This document shows, in pieces, positions 27,634 to 35,295 of a stretch of 35,295 nt of DNA. Both the position numbers and the translations under genes were made by a program. Positions within the stretch are counted from its first letter, which is position 1. Each line of letters opens with the position of its first letter. Location of the stretch: contig JBGAIQ010000055.1 in the NCBI GenBank assembly GCA_044225365.1, forward strand, positions 1-35,295. Reading direction: 5' to 3'. The notes under the pieces were generated by a model, which saw only the letters and a list, made by a program, of their open reading frames with translations, was not told the DNA's origin and made no database searches. This DNA comes from Planctomycetota bacterium. Its GTDB lineage: Bacteria; Planctomycetota; B15-G4; JADJEK01.

Positions 27634-27832
27634 ACCGGGACCGCCGGGCTCTGCCCGGCTCTGGATGGATGCGGAGCAGCGTGTCGAATCCCAAGAGAAG
27701 CCCGAACGGCGCCCCGCGCTCCCAGTCGCGGCGTGAGCATTCTGGTGTGGGTGAACTGGGACCGCCGGGCTCCCGCCCGGCTCTGGATGGATGCCGCTGG
27801 AGAAGAGCCGGGCGGGAGCCCGGCGCTCCCAG
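27634..27832. repeat. Two tandem REP-like palindromic doublets (REPIN-like)
   Basis: Arm 27756-27784 and inverted arm 27804-27832 match at 28 of 29 bp. A near-identical left arm plus tggatggatgc lies at 27634-27672, with a degenerate right arm at about 27696-27725. Confidence 0.8.
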
Positions 27833-27859
27833 AGCGCATTCTTGAAAATCCGTGAATAG

Positions 27860-27881
27860 GTGTATGGGTCATGCCATACAC
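27860..27881. promoter_or_regulatory. Palindromic operator of YtrA-type GntR (GTGTA-N12-TACAC)
   Basis: gtgtatgg-gtcatg-ccatacac is a perfect 8-bp inverted repeat immediately upstream of the GntR gene. Confidence 0.7.
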
Positions 27882-27916
27882 TAGGACACCGCAGTCGAAC
27901 CGCTTTGGAGCGTCTG

Positions 27917-28318
27917 GTGTTCCTCCGAATCAACTCCAGTTCCGGCGTGCCGATCTATCGGCAGATCGTCGATCAGGTGAAGATCCTGGTCGCCACCGGG
28001 GTGCTGGAGAAGGGCGGAAGGCTCCCATCCGTGAGGCAGCTCTCCGAAGACCTCGTCATCAATCCGACCACCGTGCAGCGAGCGTATCTCGACCTCGAGA
28101 GCGAAGGCGTCATCGAGACGCGGCGCGGGCAAGGAACGTTCGTCCTCGGCGAGGGCGTCGCGCTCGAGCGCGGCGAGGGTGAACGCAGGGCCACCGAACA
28201 TCTGCGCAACGCCATCGTCGAGGCGCGGCGCATGAATCTCTCCCGCACGCAGATCGACCGCCTCATCGCGCGCGAACTGAAAGCCGTATACGGCGACGAC
28301 GACAAGGGAGGCAGGTGA
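27917..28318 (+). CDS. GntR-family (YtrA subfamily) transcriptional regulator
   Basis: GGAG then GTG start. SGVPIYRQIVDQV...GRLPSVRQLSEDLVINPTTVQRAYLDLESEGVIETRRGQGTFV followed by a short C-terminal helical domain. Confidence 0.93.
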   Translation: MFLRINSSSGVPIYRQIVDQVKILVATGVLEKGGRLPSVRQLSEDLVINPTTVQRAYLDLESEGVIETRRGQGTFVLGEGVALERGEGERRATEHLRNAIVEARRMNLSRTQIDRLIARELKAVYGDDDKGGR

Positions 28319-29262
28319 TGGATACCACGGATACCCCGGCCATTCGTTTCTCCGACGTGAGTCGACGGTTCGAGAAGACGAACGCCTTGCGCGGCTTCTC
28401 TGCGACCGTTCCCGAAGGCTCGATCACGGCGCTACTCGGCCGCAATGCGGCGGGCAAGACCACGGCGATCCGCTGCGCGCTCGGCCTCCTCGCGCTCGAC
28501 GGCGGGTGCATCGAAGTCCTTGGTGCGGATGCGGCAGACCTTCCCGAGGCGATTCGCGCGCAAGTCGGCTACGTGAGCGAGCGATCGACCCTCGATCCTC
28601 TGATGTCGATCGCCGAGCTCTGTGAGTTCGGCAAGGCTGCGTATCCGACCTGGGACGACGACTACGCGATCGATCTGTGTGAGCGACTCGAGATCCCGAG
28701 CGTCCGCCGAATCGGTTCGATGTCGCTCGGGCAGTCGCGCAAGGTCGCTCTGATGTTCAATCTCGCTTTCCGCCCACGGCTGCTCATCCTCGACGAGCCC
28801 GCCGGGAATCTCGACGCCGTCGTGCGCCGCGAGTTCCTCGAGGCGATGCTGCAGTCCTTCACCCGCGAGGGCACGACCGTATTGCTCTCGACGCATCTTC
28901 TCCACGACGTCGACCGCGTCGCGGATCGCGTCGTCCTCATCGATGCCGGACGGTGTCGCATCGAGTCCAACCTCGACGACCTGCGCTCGCGCGTGAAAGC
29001 GCTGCGCGTTCTCGGTGAGGCCGCTTCGAGCGATCGATTCGTCGGCCTGCCCGGTCTGCTCAGCACGAAACGATTCGGAAGCGATCTCCTGCTCGTCGTC
29101 GAGAACTATCGTCCGGGACTCGAACAAGAAGTGGCGGCGCGCACGGCGACTCGCATCGATGCGATCGATCTGCCGCTCGAGGACATCTTCATCGCCTACG
29201 GATCGCGGAGCGGACGAGCAACGAGTGCTCTTACGGACGAATCGGACGGGAGCGAGTCATGA
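28315..29262 (+). CDS. ABC transporter ATP-binding protein (YtrB/DrrA-like)
   Basis: Walker A GRNAAGKT, signature MSLGQ, Walker B LLILDEP and H-loop STH. Alternative start ATG 28318. Confidence 0.93.
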   Translation: MMDTTDTPAIRFSDVSRRFEKTNALRGFSATVPEGSITALLGRNAAGKTTAIRCALGLLALDGGCIEVLGADAADLPEAIRAQVGYVSERSTLDPLMSIAELCEFGKAAYPTWDDDYAIDLCERLEIPSVRRIGSMSLGQSRKVALMFNLAFRPRLLILDEPAGNLDAVVRREFLEAMLQSFTREGTTVLLSTHLLHDVDRVADRVVLIDAGRCRIESNLDDLRSRVKALRVLGEAASSDRFVGLPGLLSTKRFGSDLLLVVENYRPGLEQEVAARTATRIDAIDLPLEDIFIAYGSRSGRATSALTDESDGSES

Positions 29263-30143
29263 GCTTCGAACGCGTGTATTGGCAGCAACAGTGGGCGCGC
29301 CATCGAACCTACTTCATGGATTGGGGGGCGATCCTCCTGCTCCTCGTGGTGTTCTCCCCGTGGCGAATCTCGTCGATCTTCTTCTACGGAGGTATCGTGT
29401 TCGCGGCGGGTCTTGGCGTGCGCTTCGGCGGCTACAACACCGCGACCGGGACTTGGGAGTTCATGCTGACGCGCAGTTTCTCGCGCAAGCGCTTGCTTCG
29501 AGCGCAGACGCTCGCCGCCTTCCTGCCCCTCGTCTTGTTCAACGCGATCTTCGTGATTGCCGATCGCTTCGATCTGCGCTCCGTCATCGCCGGGCTGTTC
29601 ATTCCTTCGTCCGGACGCGAGCCGCATGCGTTCGACAGTGCGTCCGCCTTGCGATATGCGTCCACCTTCGCCGTCACTACGTTCTTCATGCTCCATGTGT
29701 TCGCCAAAGCACTGAAGCACGACAGCGTCGCGTCGCTCGACGGGCTGCGGATCGCGGGGATCATCACCGGCATGATCTGGCTCGCCGTTCTGAATTCCGC
29801 GATGGGCTTCTTGCTCTATGTCGTGCGGTCGGCCGACGCGCCGTGGCACGGCGATCTCCCCCGCCTCCTCGTGAACGAGGCCCAGAACGGAGCTTTGGCC
29901 ACGTTGCTCGCCGCGGCGGGACTTTGCTTCGTCCACCTGCGATGGATGGACGCGTTGATGGCGGATCGCGAGGTCGCGGGAGACGGCGTGGCGCGGTTGC
30001 GGCCCGTTCGCGTGGCGAGCGGCATGGGCCTCCTCATCGCCGCCGTCATCGTCGTCGTGATGTTGGGCGCGGTCGCGTTCGTGTTCCTCGCCGCGTCGCA
30101 CACGCCGGAGCCGAGTTTCATTCTTCCGGTCGTCCCGCGCTGA
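29259..30143 (+). CDS. Probable ABC-2-type permease
   Basis: ATGA-coupled to the ATPase, about 7 TMs, and the GTWEFMLTRSFSRKRLL motif typical of ABC-2 membrane domains. Confidence 0.75.
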   Translation: MSFERVYWQQQWARHRTYFMDWGAILLLLVVFSPWRISSIFFYGGIVFAAGLGVRFGGYNTATGTWEFMLTRSFSRKRLLRAQTLAAFLPLVLFNAIFVIADRFDLRSVIAGLFIPSSGREPHAFDSASALRYASTFAVTTFFMLHVFAKALKHDSVASLDGLRIAGIITGMIWLAVLNSAMGFLLYVVRSADAPWHGDLPRLLVNEAQNGALATLLAAAGLCFVHLRWMDALMADREVAGDGVARLRPVRVASGMGLLIAAVIVVVMLGAVAFVFLAASHTPEPSFILPVVPR

Positions 30144-30164
30144 GACGTTGAACAGGAGACTTCG

Positions 30165-31469
30165 ATGAGTTCGGTGAGTTCGATCGAAATGCTGCGAGTG
30201 CTCGTGGTTCTCGCCGCGGTCCTGGCCTTCGTCATCTCGGCCATCTTCGTGAGCCGTCGACGGCGGCGCGTCGCCGTGGAAACCGAACCCGCCGTGAATC
30301 CATGGCGCCGGCGTTTCGGCGTGGCCGGAGCCGCCCTGATCGCATTCGTGTTCCTGCTCGATCGCGAGTGGAGGCGGCAACCGCTCGGGGGTCTTCGGGG
30401 CGACGACTCGATCACCGCCGTGTCGGGAGCGGAACCGGGCGGGGTTGCGCAGCGACTGCAGTTCGTCTGCGCGGTCCATGCGACCGGGTTCGTCACGGCA
30501 CCCAAGGTCCTGAGGGAAGCGATCGTCGACCTGCGGCCCGGCTCACCCGCCGAGATTCGATTCGACGATCTCGGAGTCGTCGTGTTCGCGTGGGGCCCAC
30601 CTGACGAATCGTTCGACACCGGCCTCGACGTCACCATCCGCGACCCGAGTCACCTCAACATGAGCCGGTACTCGACGGCGCTCGCGAGCCGCGAAACCAG
30701 GGTCGGGGACGAGAGGGCGTTCGTCACGGTCGCGGGCGATCGACCGTTCGAGGTGTTGCCGTTCCATCCCGAGGTTCAGTACGGCCATGGTCTGCGGGCG
30801 GGATCGAATGCTCAACTCGTGTTCCTGATGCGACGACTCGGGCCCGCGGACTCCCTCACGAAGATCCCGGCGAAGGACGTGGGTGAGGCGATCGCGTCGG
30901 CCTGGCGCACGGGCGCGTCGTCCTGGGGGAAAACGTGGCCGTCCCGCCATCCCTCGCATGCATCGCTCTCGCCGTTCGCGCGCCTCTTCACGGAGCTCGA
31001 TCCGCTCGGAGGTGTCATCCTGTTCATCGGCCTCTGGTTCATGATCGCGGGACAACGCATCTTCGTCGGCATCGCGGGCGTTGCGTTCGGCGCCGCTGCC
31101 GTGCTGTCCCTCGCAGCGCGGCTCGATGTCGCTCGGAGCGTCGAGGCGCTCCATTCCGTGAATCCGCTGGAGCGGATCGAAGCGGCGTCGCAGTTGTCGA
31201 TGCAGAGTGCGTTCGCCGTCGCGGCGGGGAATGCGCTTGCCGACCGTTTCGACGAGGAGTCCGACGACGACGTGAAGGCTGCGATCGTCCTCGCGGCAGG
31301 ACAGAATCCGACGGTCGTCCTGCTGTCGAAGGAGTTGTCATCGCTGCTCGTCGAGCTCGACCGCAGGAAGGGAACGGCTCCCGTCGACGCCGCGGTGCGG
31401 CGTACGTTCGAAGCGGTGACGCGCGAGGCGATCGAGGGCGTCGCAAGACGTGCCGAATCCGGCTTCTGA
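30165..31469 (+). CDS. Membrane protein with an extracytoplasmic domain and a C-terminal HEAT-like helical region
   Basis: AGGAG RBS, N-terminal and internal TMs, and a C-terminal LHSVNPLERIEAA...ALADRFDEESDDDVKAAIV HEAT-like pattern. Confidence 0.6.
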   Translation: MSSVSSIEMLRVLVVLAAVLAFVISAIFVSRRRRRVAVETEPAVNPWRRRFGVAGAALIAFVFLLDREWRRQPLGGLRGDDSITAVSGAEPGGVAQRLQFVCAVHATGFVTAPKVLREAIVDLRPGSPAEIRFDDLGVVVFAWGPPDESFDTGLDVTIRDPSHLNMSRYSTALASRETRVGDERAFVTVAGDRPFEVLPFHPEVQYGHGLRAGSNAQLVFLMRRLGPADSLTKIPAKDVGEAIASAWRTGASSWGKTWPSRHPSHASLSPFARLFTELDPLGGVILFIGLWFMIAGQRIFVGIAGVAFGAAAVLSLAARLDVARSVEALHSVNPLERIEAASQLSMQSAFAVAAGNALADRFDEESDDDVKAAIVLAAGQNPTVVLLSKELSSLLVELDRRKGTAPVDAAVRRTFEAVTREAIEGVARRAESGF

Positions 31470-31562
31470 GTGCGCTGAAACCTCTCTATCCTGACGCGGC
31501 CGTTCCAACTCGCCCTCGGCGGACGCCCTCGTGCGCGCCACGCCGGCGGCAGGACCCCTGCC

Positions 31563-32276
31563 ATGCGTCTCATTCGTCCGATCGTCGCGACCGCTTTCGT
31601 CGCCTTCCTCTTCACGTCGGTTGCGTGTTCCGATCACTCTTCGGGCGGTTCGACCGTTTCCGATCCAGCGATCGAAGCGATCACCAAGTTCATCGCTTCC
31701 CACGAGAAGGCCAATGGGGGAGACGGTGCGATCGACAAGACCAAGTCGAACTGGAAGACTTCGCTGCCGAAGCCGCCGCAGGTTTCGTTCGCGGCAGGAA
31801 AGACCTACGTCTGGAAGCTCGAGACTTCGCACGGCGTGATGCAGTTCAAATTGCTTCCCGACGTCGCGCCCATGCACTGCTCGAACTTCATCTACCTCAC
31901 GCAGCTCGGGTTCTTCGACGGGCTGCCGTTCCACCGCGTCATCCGCAATTTCATGGCGCAGGGCGGTTGTCCGCTCGGGACGGGGATGGGCACACCCGGG
32001 TACGGATTGAAACCCGAGGTGAGTGCGACGGTCCGTCACGATCACTTGGGCGTGCTCTCGACCGCGCACTCCCAGATGCCGAATTCGGACGGCTCGCAGT
32101 TCTTCATCATGTTCGCCGCGAATCGCGGCCTCGACGGGCAATACGCGATCTTCGGCGACGCACTCGACGACGCGACGAAGAGCGTGATCGCGGCGCTCGA
32201 CAAGCTGGGGAACGCATCGGATGGTCCTCCGACCGAACCGATCACCCTGAAGAAGGCTACGATCGAGGTCCGCTAG
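31563..32276 (+). CDS. Cyclophilin-type peptidyl-prolyl cis-trans isomerase, lipoprotein
   Basis: Lipobox-like SVAC, plus GFFDGLPFHRVIRNFMAQGG, GSQFFI and LDGQYAIFG motifs. Confidence 0.93.
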   Translation: MRLIRPIVATAFVAFLFTSVACSDHSSGGSTVSDPAIEAITKFIASHEKANGGDGAIDKTKSNWKTSLPKPPQVSFAAGKTYVWKLETSHGVMQFKLLPDVAPMHCSNFIYLTQLGFFDGLPFHRVIRNFMAQGGCPLGTGMGTPGYGLKPEVSATVRHDHLGVLSTAHSQMPNSDGSQFFIMFAANRGLDGQYAIFGDALDDATKSVIAALDKLGNASDGPPTEPITLKKATIEVR

Positions 32277-32313
32277 TGGACCGCCTTCGCCATCGACCCT
32301 TCTGCCTTGTCCT

Positions 32314-32341
32314 TTGACTAGGCCGCTCTGGCGACTAGATT
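32314..32341 (+). promoter_or_regulatory. Sigma70-like promoter (TTGACT-N16-TAGATT), leaderless into ATG 32348
   Basis: -35 at 32314-32319 and -10 at 32336-32341. ATG follows 6 nt later with no SD. Confidence 0.55.
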
Positions 32342-32347
32342 GCGCAA

Positions 32348-33496
32348 ATGATCGCGACCCTCGACCGCGCGAAGATTCTCTGCTGGCTGCTCGTGCTTCC
32401 GTTCGGATGCTCCTCGGGGCCCGAATCGGTTCCGCGTTCGAAGGTAACGAGCGAGGGCCGCACGCAGGCGGGGGCTTACGCCGCTGACCTCGAGAAGGCG
32501 CTCGAGTCGAAGGACCTCGTCCGCGCCGAAGAGCTCGCGACGCGGATCGACGAGACCGATCCGTACACGCCGCGCCACGGGATGGCCGTCGCCCGCGCCC
32601 GCGCTGCGATCGCCTCGCGGGATGGCAATCCGCGCAACTACAACGACGCGATCAAGCGCGCGGACGACGCGATCGCCGCCGCGCCCGACGATCCCGATCT
32701 CTTGATGCAGCGTGCGCAACTGCAGTTCGACCGCAAGTACTACGACAAGGCGATCGACGATTTCACGCGGGCCGTCGAGCTGCGCGCCACCGAGCGGCAG
32801 GGACGGCGAATGATCGCATTCTGTCGCCACCATCTGCGTCAGCCGAAGCTCGAGCGCAAGGCGTGGGAGGATCTCGTCGCCGTCGCGCCCGACGATGCAG
32901 ACGCCCTCTACTATCTCGCCGCCGTCCTGCTTCAGTCCGATCAGAAGGTCGACGTCGCACTGGGTGACGAGTACCTGAAGAAGGCGATCGAGAAGGTACC
33001 GACGCACCGCCTGGCCCTCGAGGCCCTCGCGTATCGCGCGTTCGCGAAGAACGACTACGCGGCGGCCGAGGGTTACTTGAAGCGCGCCCTTTCGATCGTC
33101 CAGTCGACCGCGGAGCAGGTCGAGGTCACGGCTCCGACCGAGGCCACGCTCGGCGAAGCCGACGTGAACTACTCGCTCGGCGCCGTGCTGCAGGCTGCGG
33201 GCCGCACGAAGGAAGCCGCCGAGGCCTACGAGCGCTGCCTCACGCTCGATCCGACGAACACGAAAGCGAGCGCAAACCTCGGACTTCTGCTGCTCGATCT
33301 CGGGGACGTCGACCAAGGCATGCAGCGCCTTCGAGAAGCGTCCCTGGCGGAGAAGAACGACCTCGTGAAGAAGCAGATCGACGCGATCCTGAAGACGCAG
33401 GAGGCGAAGATCGAGTCGGAGCGCAACGCAACGATCATCCCGGCCAAGACGCCGACGGAATCACCCGCGAAGCCTCCTGGGAACGACAAGGGTTGA
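32348..33496 (+). CDS. TPR-repeat lipoprotein
   Basis: Lipobox-like PFGC and multiple TPR helix pairs (AIDDFTRAVEL, ALYYLAAVL, YSLGAVLQAAGRTKEAAEAYERCLTLDP, ANLGLLL). Confidence 0.88.
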   Translation: MIATLDRAKILCWLLVLPFGCSSGPESVPRSKVTSEGRTQAGAYAADLEKALESKDLVRAEELATRIDETDPYTPRHGMAVARARAAIASRDGNPRNYNDAIKRADDAIAAAPDDPDLLMQRAQLQFDRKYYDKAIDDFTRAVELRATERQGRRMIAFCRHHLRQPKLERKAWEDLVAVAPDDADALYYLAAVLLQSDQKVDVALGDEYLKKAIEKVPTHRLALEALAYRAFAKNDYAAAEGYLKRALSIVQSTAEQVEVTAPTEATLGEADVNYSLGAVLQAAGRTKEAAEAYERCLTLDPTNTKASANLGLLLLDLGDVDQGMQRLREASLAEKNDLVKKQIDAILKTQEAKIESERNATIIPAKTPTESPAKPPGNDKG

Positions 33497-33786
33497 TGCG
33501 ATCGACGGGCGAGCGGGGACTTCTCATGGGTCACGACTGCGACGACTTCTCGGCGGAACTCTCCGCGATGCTGCGTACCCGCTACGTCGTCGATAGGATC
33601 GATGGCCGTCCGATCCTCACCGGTGTTTCGAAGTGCCCGTACTGCGAGATTCGACTCCGCCCCGATCCGACGGGGGTCCTCGAACTCCACGACGATCGGA
33701 TGCGCGTGATCTTCCGTGTGAGCTGCATGGCATGCGGCCGCACGCTTCGAATCGTCGAGGACTTTCGATCCGTCGAGATCGAATGA
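33496..33786 (+). CDS. Small putative zinc-ribbon protein
   Basis: CPYC...CMAC pairs. TGATG coupling to the TPR gene. Alternative start ATG 33526. Confidence 0.55.
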   Translation: MRSTGERGLLMGHDCDDFSAELSAMLRTRYVVDRIDGRPILTGVSKCPYCEIRLRPDPTGVLELHDDRMRVIFRVSCMACGRTLRIVEDFRSVEIE

Positions 33787-33829
33787 TGCGACGCAAGGCG
33801 GCAAGCAGGTGTCGCAAGGAGGACAAAGG

Positions 33830-34465
33830 ATGACTCACGATTTCGACTCCACGTCGGCGCGGCTCGCAGGGGCGCGATCGATCGGTCGCGCGCTTCCCGC
33901 GCTTGTGTTCGCCGTCGCCCTGATCGGATGCGCGGCGAACACCACGAATACGGTCGATCTCAACCGCCTCCAAGACCCCGGCCCTCCGCAAGGAGCAACC
34001 AATCCGCCTCCCCAGGACCCGAGTGCGCAGACGCCACCTCCAAGCGAAGAGAACGGCGTCGGACATCGCGTGCTCCTCTGGCTGCCAAACCGCATCTTCG
34101 ACGTCCTCGACATCGTGCGCGCCCGACTTCGTGTCGGTCCCGGGTTCTCGGTCGGCGCTCGCGCGACCGAACTTGTCGACGTCAACGTCGGCGGCCACGC
34201 CACACTCTTCGTCGGAGTACCGGGCCCTCGCGGAAAGCCTCGCATCCAGCTTCCGTTCGGCCTCGAGTCCTTCGCCGGCGTCGAGGTCAGCGTCGCCGAT
34301 TTGACGCAGGAGGAGGACGACCACGCCCCACATTACGGGCTCGCTGAATTCGGCGCGGGCTTCCAACTGCTGATCATCGGCATCGACATCGGCGTCGAAC
34401 CCTTCGAAGCCTTCGACTTCCTCGCCGGCATCTTCCTGTTCGACCCGATCGGCGACGACTACTGA
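33830..34465 (+). CDS. Hypothetical lipoprotein
   Basis: AAGGAGG RBS, lipobox LIGC, a Pro/Gln-rich linker, and a glycine/beta-rich domain (NRIFDVLDI...FDFLAGIFLFDPIGDDY). Confidence 0.78.
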   Translation: MTHDFDSTSARLAGARSIGRALPALVFAVALIGCAANTTNTVDLNRLQDPGPPQGATNPPPQDPSAQTPPPSEENGVGHRVLLWLPNRIFDVLDIVRARLRVGPGFSVGARATELVDVNVGGHATLFVGVPGPRGKPRIQLPFGLESFAGVEVSVADLTQEEDDHAPHYGLAEFGAGFQLLIIGIDIGVEPFEAFDFLAGIFLFDPIGDDY

Positions 34466-35295
34466 CGCGCGCGGGCTCGCCGCAGGTATGCTCCCCACAT
34501 CGCCGCGACGTGGGCCCGTAGCTCAATGGTTAGAGCAGTGGACTCATAATCCATCGGTTCCCGGTTCGAGTCCGGGCGGGCCCACCATGTGGTGTCGGGG
34601 ATCTTCTCGACGGCGATCGAGTCGCTCGCGTCGTCTCGCGCCGGTTCGCGCACGATTGCGGGGGATTGCGTGGGATTTGCGTGGGAATCTGCGTGGGAAG
34701 AATCCGCCCCGATCGCGTCGTCGGTCCCCGTCTTCTTCGCTTCGATCGCGGCGTTCGGTTCCGGCTTCGGCTCGAGCGCCGACTGGAGCGCGGCATGGAC
34801 GTCGTGTCGGTGAACGTGGGTGTAGACGCCAAGCGTGAGCAGGGGGCTCGAGTGCCGGGCGAGGAGCTGCGCGGTTCGGACGTCAACGCCGCTGCGAACG
34901 ACGATCGAGATGAAGGAGTGCCGCAAGGCGTGGAAGTCGGCCCGTCGGCCATCCTCTTCGAAGGGGATTCCCGCCGTCGCGAGGTCGGCCCGGATCAAGG
35001 CGATTGCCTTCTCCGAGAGAGGGAAGCGTGCGCGGCGCTTCCGCGCGGCCTTCTTCGCGGTGCCGATGAACTTCCGGCCTTCCGGCGCTCGCAGCGGAAA
35101 GAGCGGCTCGCCCGCCGGCTTCGTGTCGAGCCAGGGGCGGAGCGCGGCAACGAGCCCGGAGGGGAGCGGTTGCTCGACGTGCTTGCGGTTCTTCGTGTAC
35201 CCCGCTTCGACGATGACGAACGGCGGGAGCACTTCGAGCCGAAAGCTCTCCGGCGTGAGGGAGTCGATCTCGGAAGCGCGCAAGCCCGTCGCGAC
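34459..35295 (-). CDS. Tyrosine recombinase/integrase, C-terminal part (5' end lies beyond the window)
   Basis: VATGLRASEIDSL (catalytic R), TKNRK (K), DFHALRHSF (HxxR) and LARHSSPLLTLGVYTH (H, Y). The frame is open through the antisense tRNA to TAG at 34461-34459. Confidence 0.92.
   Translation of the reverse strand, partial: VATGLRASEIDSLTPESFRLEVLPPFVIVEAGYTKNRKHVEQPLPSGLVAALRPWLDTKPAGEPLFPLRAPEGRKFIGTAKKAARKRRARFPLSEKAIALIRADLATAGIPFEEDGRRADFHALRHSFISIVVRSGVDVRTAQLLARHSSPLLTLGVYTHVHRHDVHAALQSALEPKPEPNAAIEAKKTGTDDAIGADSSHADSHANPTQSPAIVREPARDDASDSIAVEKIPDTTWWARPDSNREPMDYESTALTIELRAHVAAMWGAYLRRARARQ
34487..34492 (+). promoter_or_regulatory. Putative -10 element (TATGCT) for the tRNA
   Basis: TAnnnT hexamer about 20 nt upstream of the tRNA 5' end. 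Confidence 0.4.
34512..34587 (+). tRNA. tRNA with CAT anticodon, most likely tRNA-Ile2 (lysidine-modified); automated tools may call it Met
   Basis: 76-nt cloverleaf: acceptor GGGCCCG/CGGGCCC, discriminator A plus encoded CCA, anticodon loop CTCATAA, T-arm GGTTCGAGTCC. The C4-G69 and C5-G68 pairs are the E. coli TilS determinants. It lacks initiator features. Confidence 0.93.
34560..35295. mobile_element. Left end of an integrative element or prophage inserted at the tRNA 3' end
   Basis: The integrase gene directly abuts and points toward the tRNA, with short direct repeats near the junction. The exact core boundary and the second att site are not visible in this window. Confidence 0.7.
34657..34698 (+). 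repeat. Four direct repeats TGCG(T/G)GGGA, candidate integrase arm-type sites
   Basis: Copies start at 34657, 34667, 34678 and 34690 (spacing 10, 11 and 12 bp), 70-110 bp from the tRNA 3' end. Confidence 0.75.

Noticed and set aside
27634-27832. Mini CRISPR array
   Set aside because: The units include inverted copies and long internal palindromes, with no regular repeat-spacer period and no cas genes. It fits REP doublets better.
34512-34587. Initiator tRNA-fMet
   Set aside because: It has a paired G1-C72 and lacks the three consecutive G-C pairs in the anticodon stem. Elongator Met cannot be fully excluded.

Overview
This is a very GC-rich bacterial window. Its gene content (Tat/lipoprotein-rich, bat operon, S9 peptidases) is reminiscent of Planctomycetota, which is inference only. 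From left to right: the 3' end of a class V aminotransferase, then a three-gene cassette of a membrane-anchored VIT-domain protein, an exosortase-family peptidase and a stand-alone paralog of the VIT protein's N-terminal membrane domain. The VIT protein has a PEP-CTERM-like but non-canonical tail, and a 62-bp tandem duplication frameshifts it as assembled. Next are a Tat-signal aldo/keto reductase, a complete moxR-DUF58-batA-batB/C-batD-batE operon and two reverse-strand orphans (one a tandem NTF2/SnoaL-like protein). An S9 peptidase is coupled to three apparently paralogous ~480-aa polytopic membrane proteins. These are followed by an alpha/beta hydrolase, a DPP-IV-like S9B peptidase, REP-like palindromic doublets and a YtrA-type GntR/ABC operon with its palindromic operator. 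The window ends with cyclophilin, TPR and other lipoproteins and a CAT-anticodon tRNA (probably Ile2), next to the start of a probable integrative element. The element's tyrosine integrase ORF reads antisense through the whole tRNA and carries four short direct repeats that look like arm-type binding sites. The best candidates for novelty are the exosortase/VIT cassette, the integrase whose C-terminus spans the att site, and the paralogous membrane-protein array. All calls come from reading motifs by eye; no database search was run.
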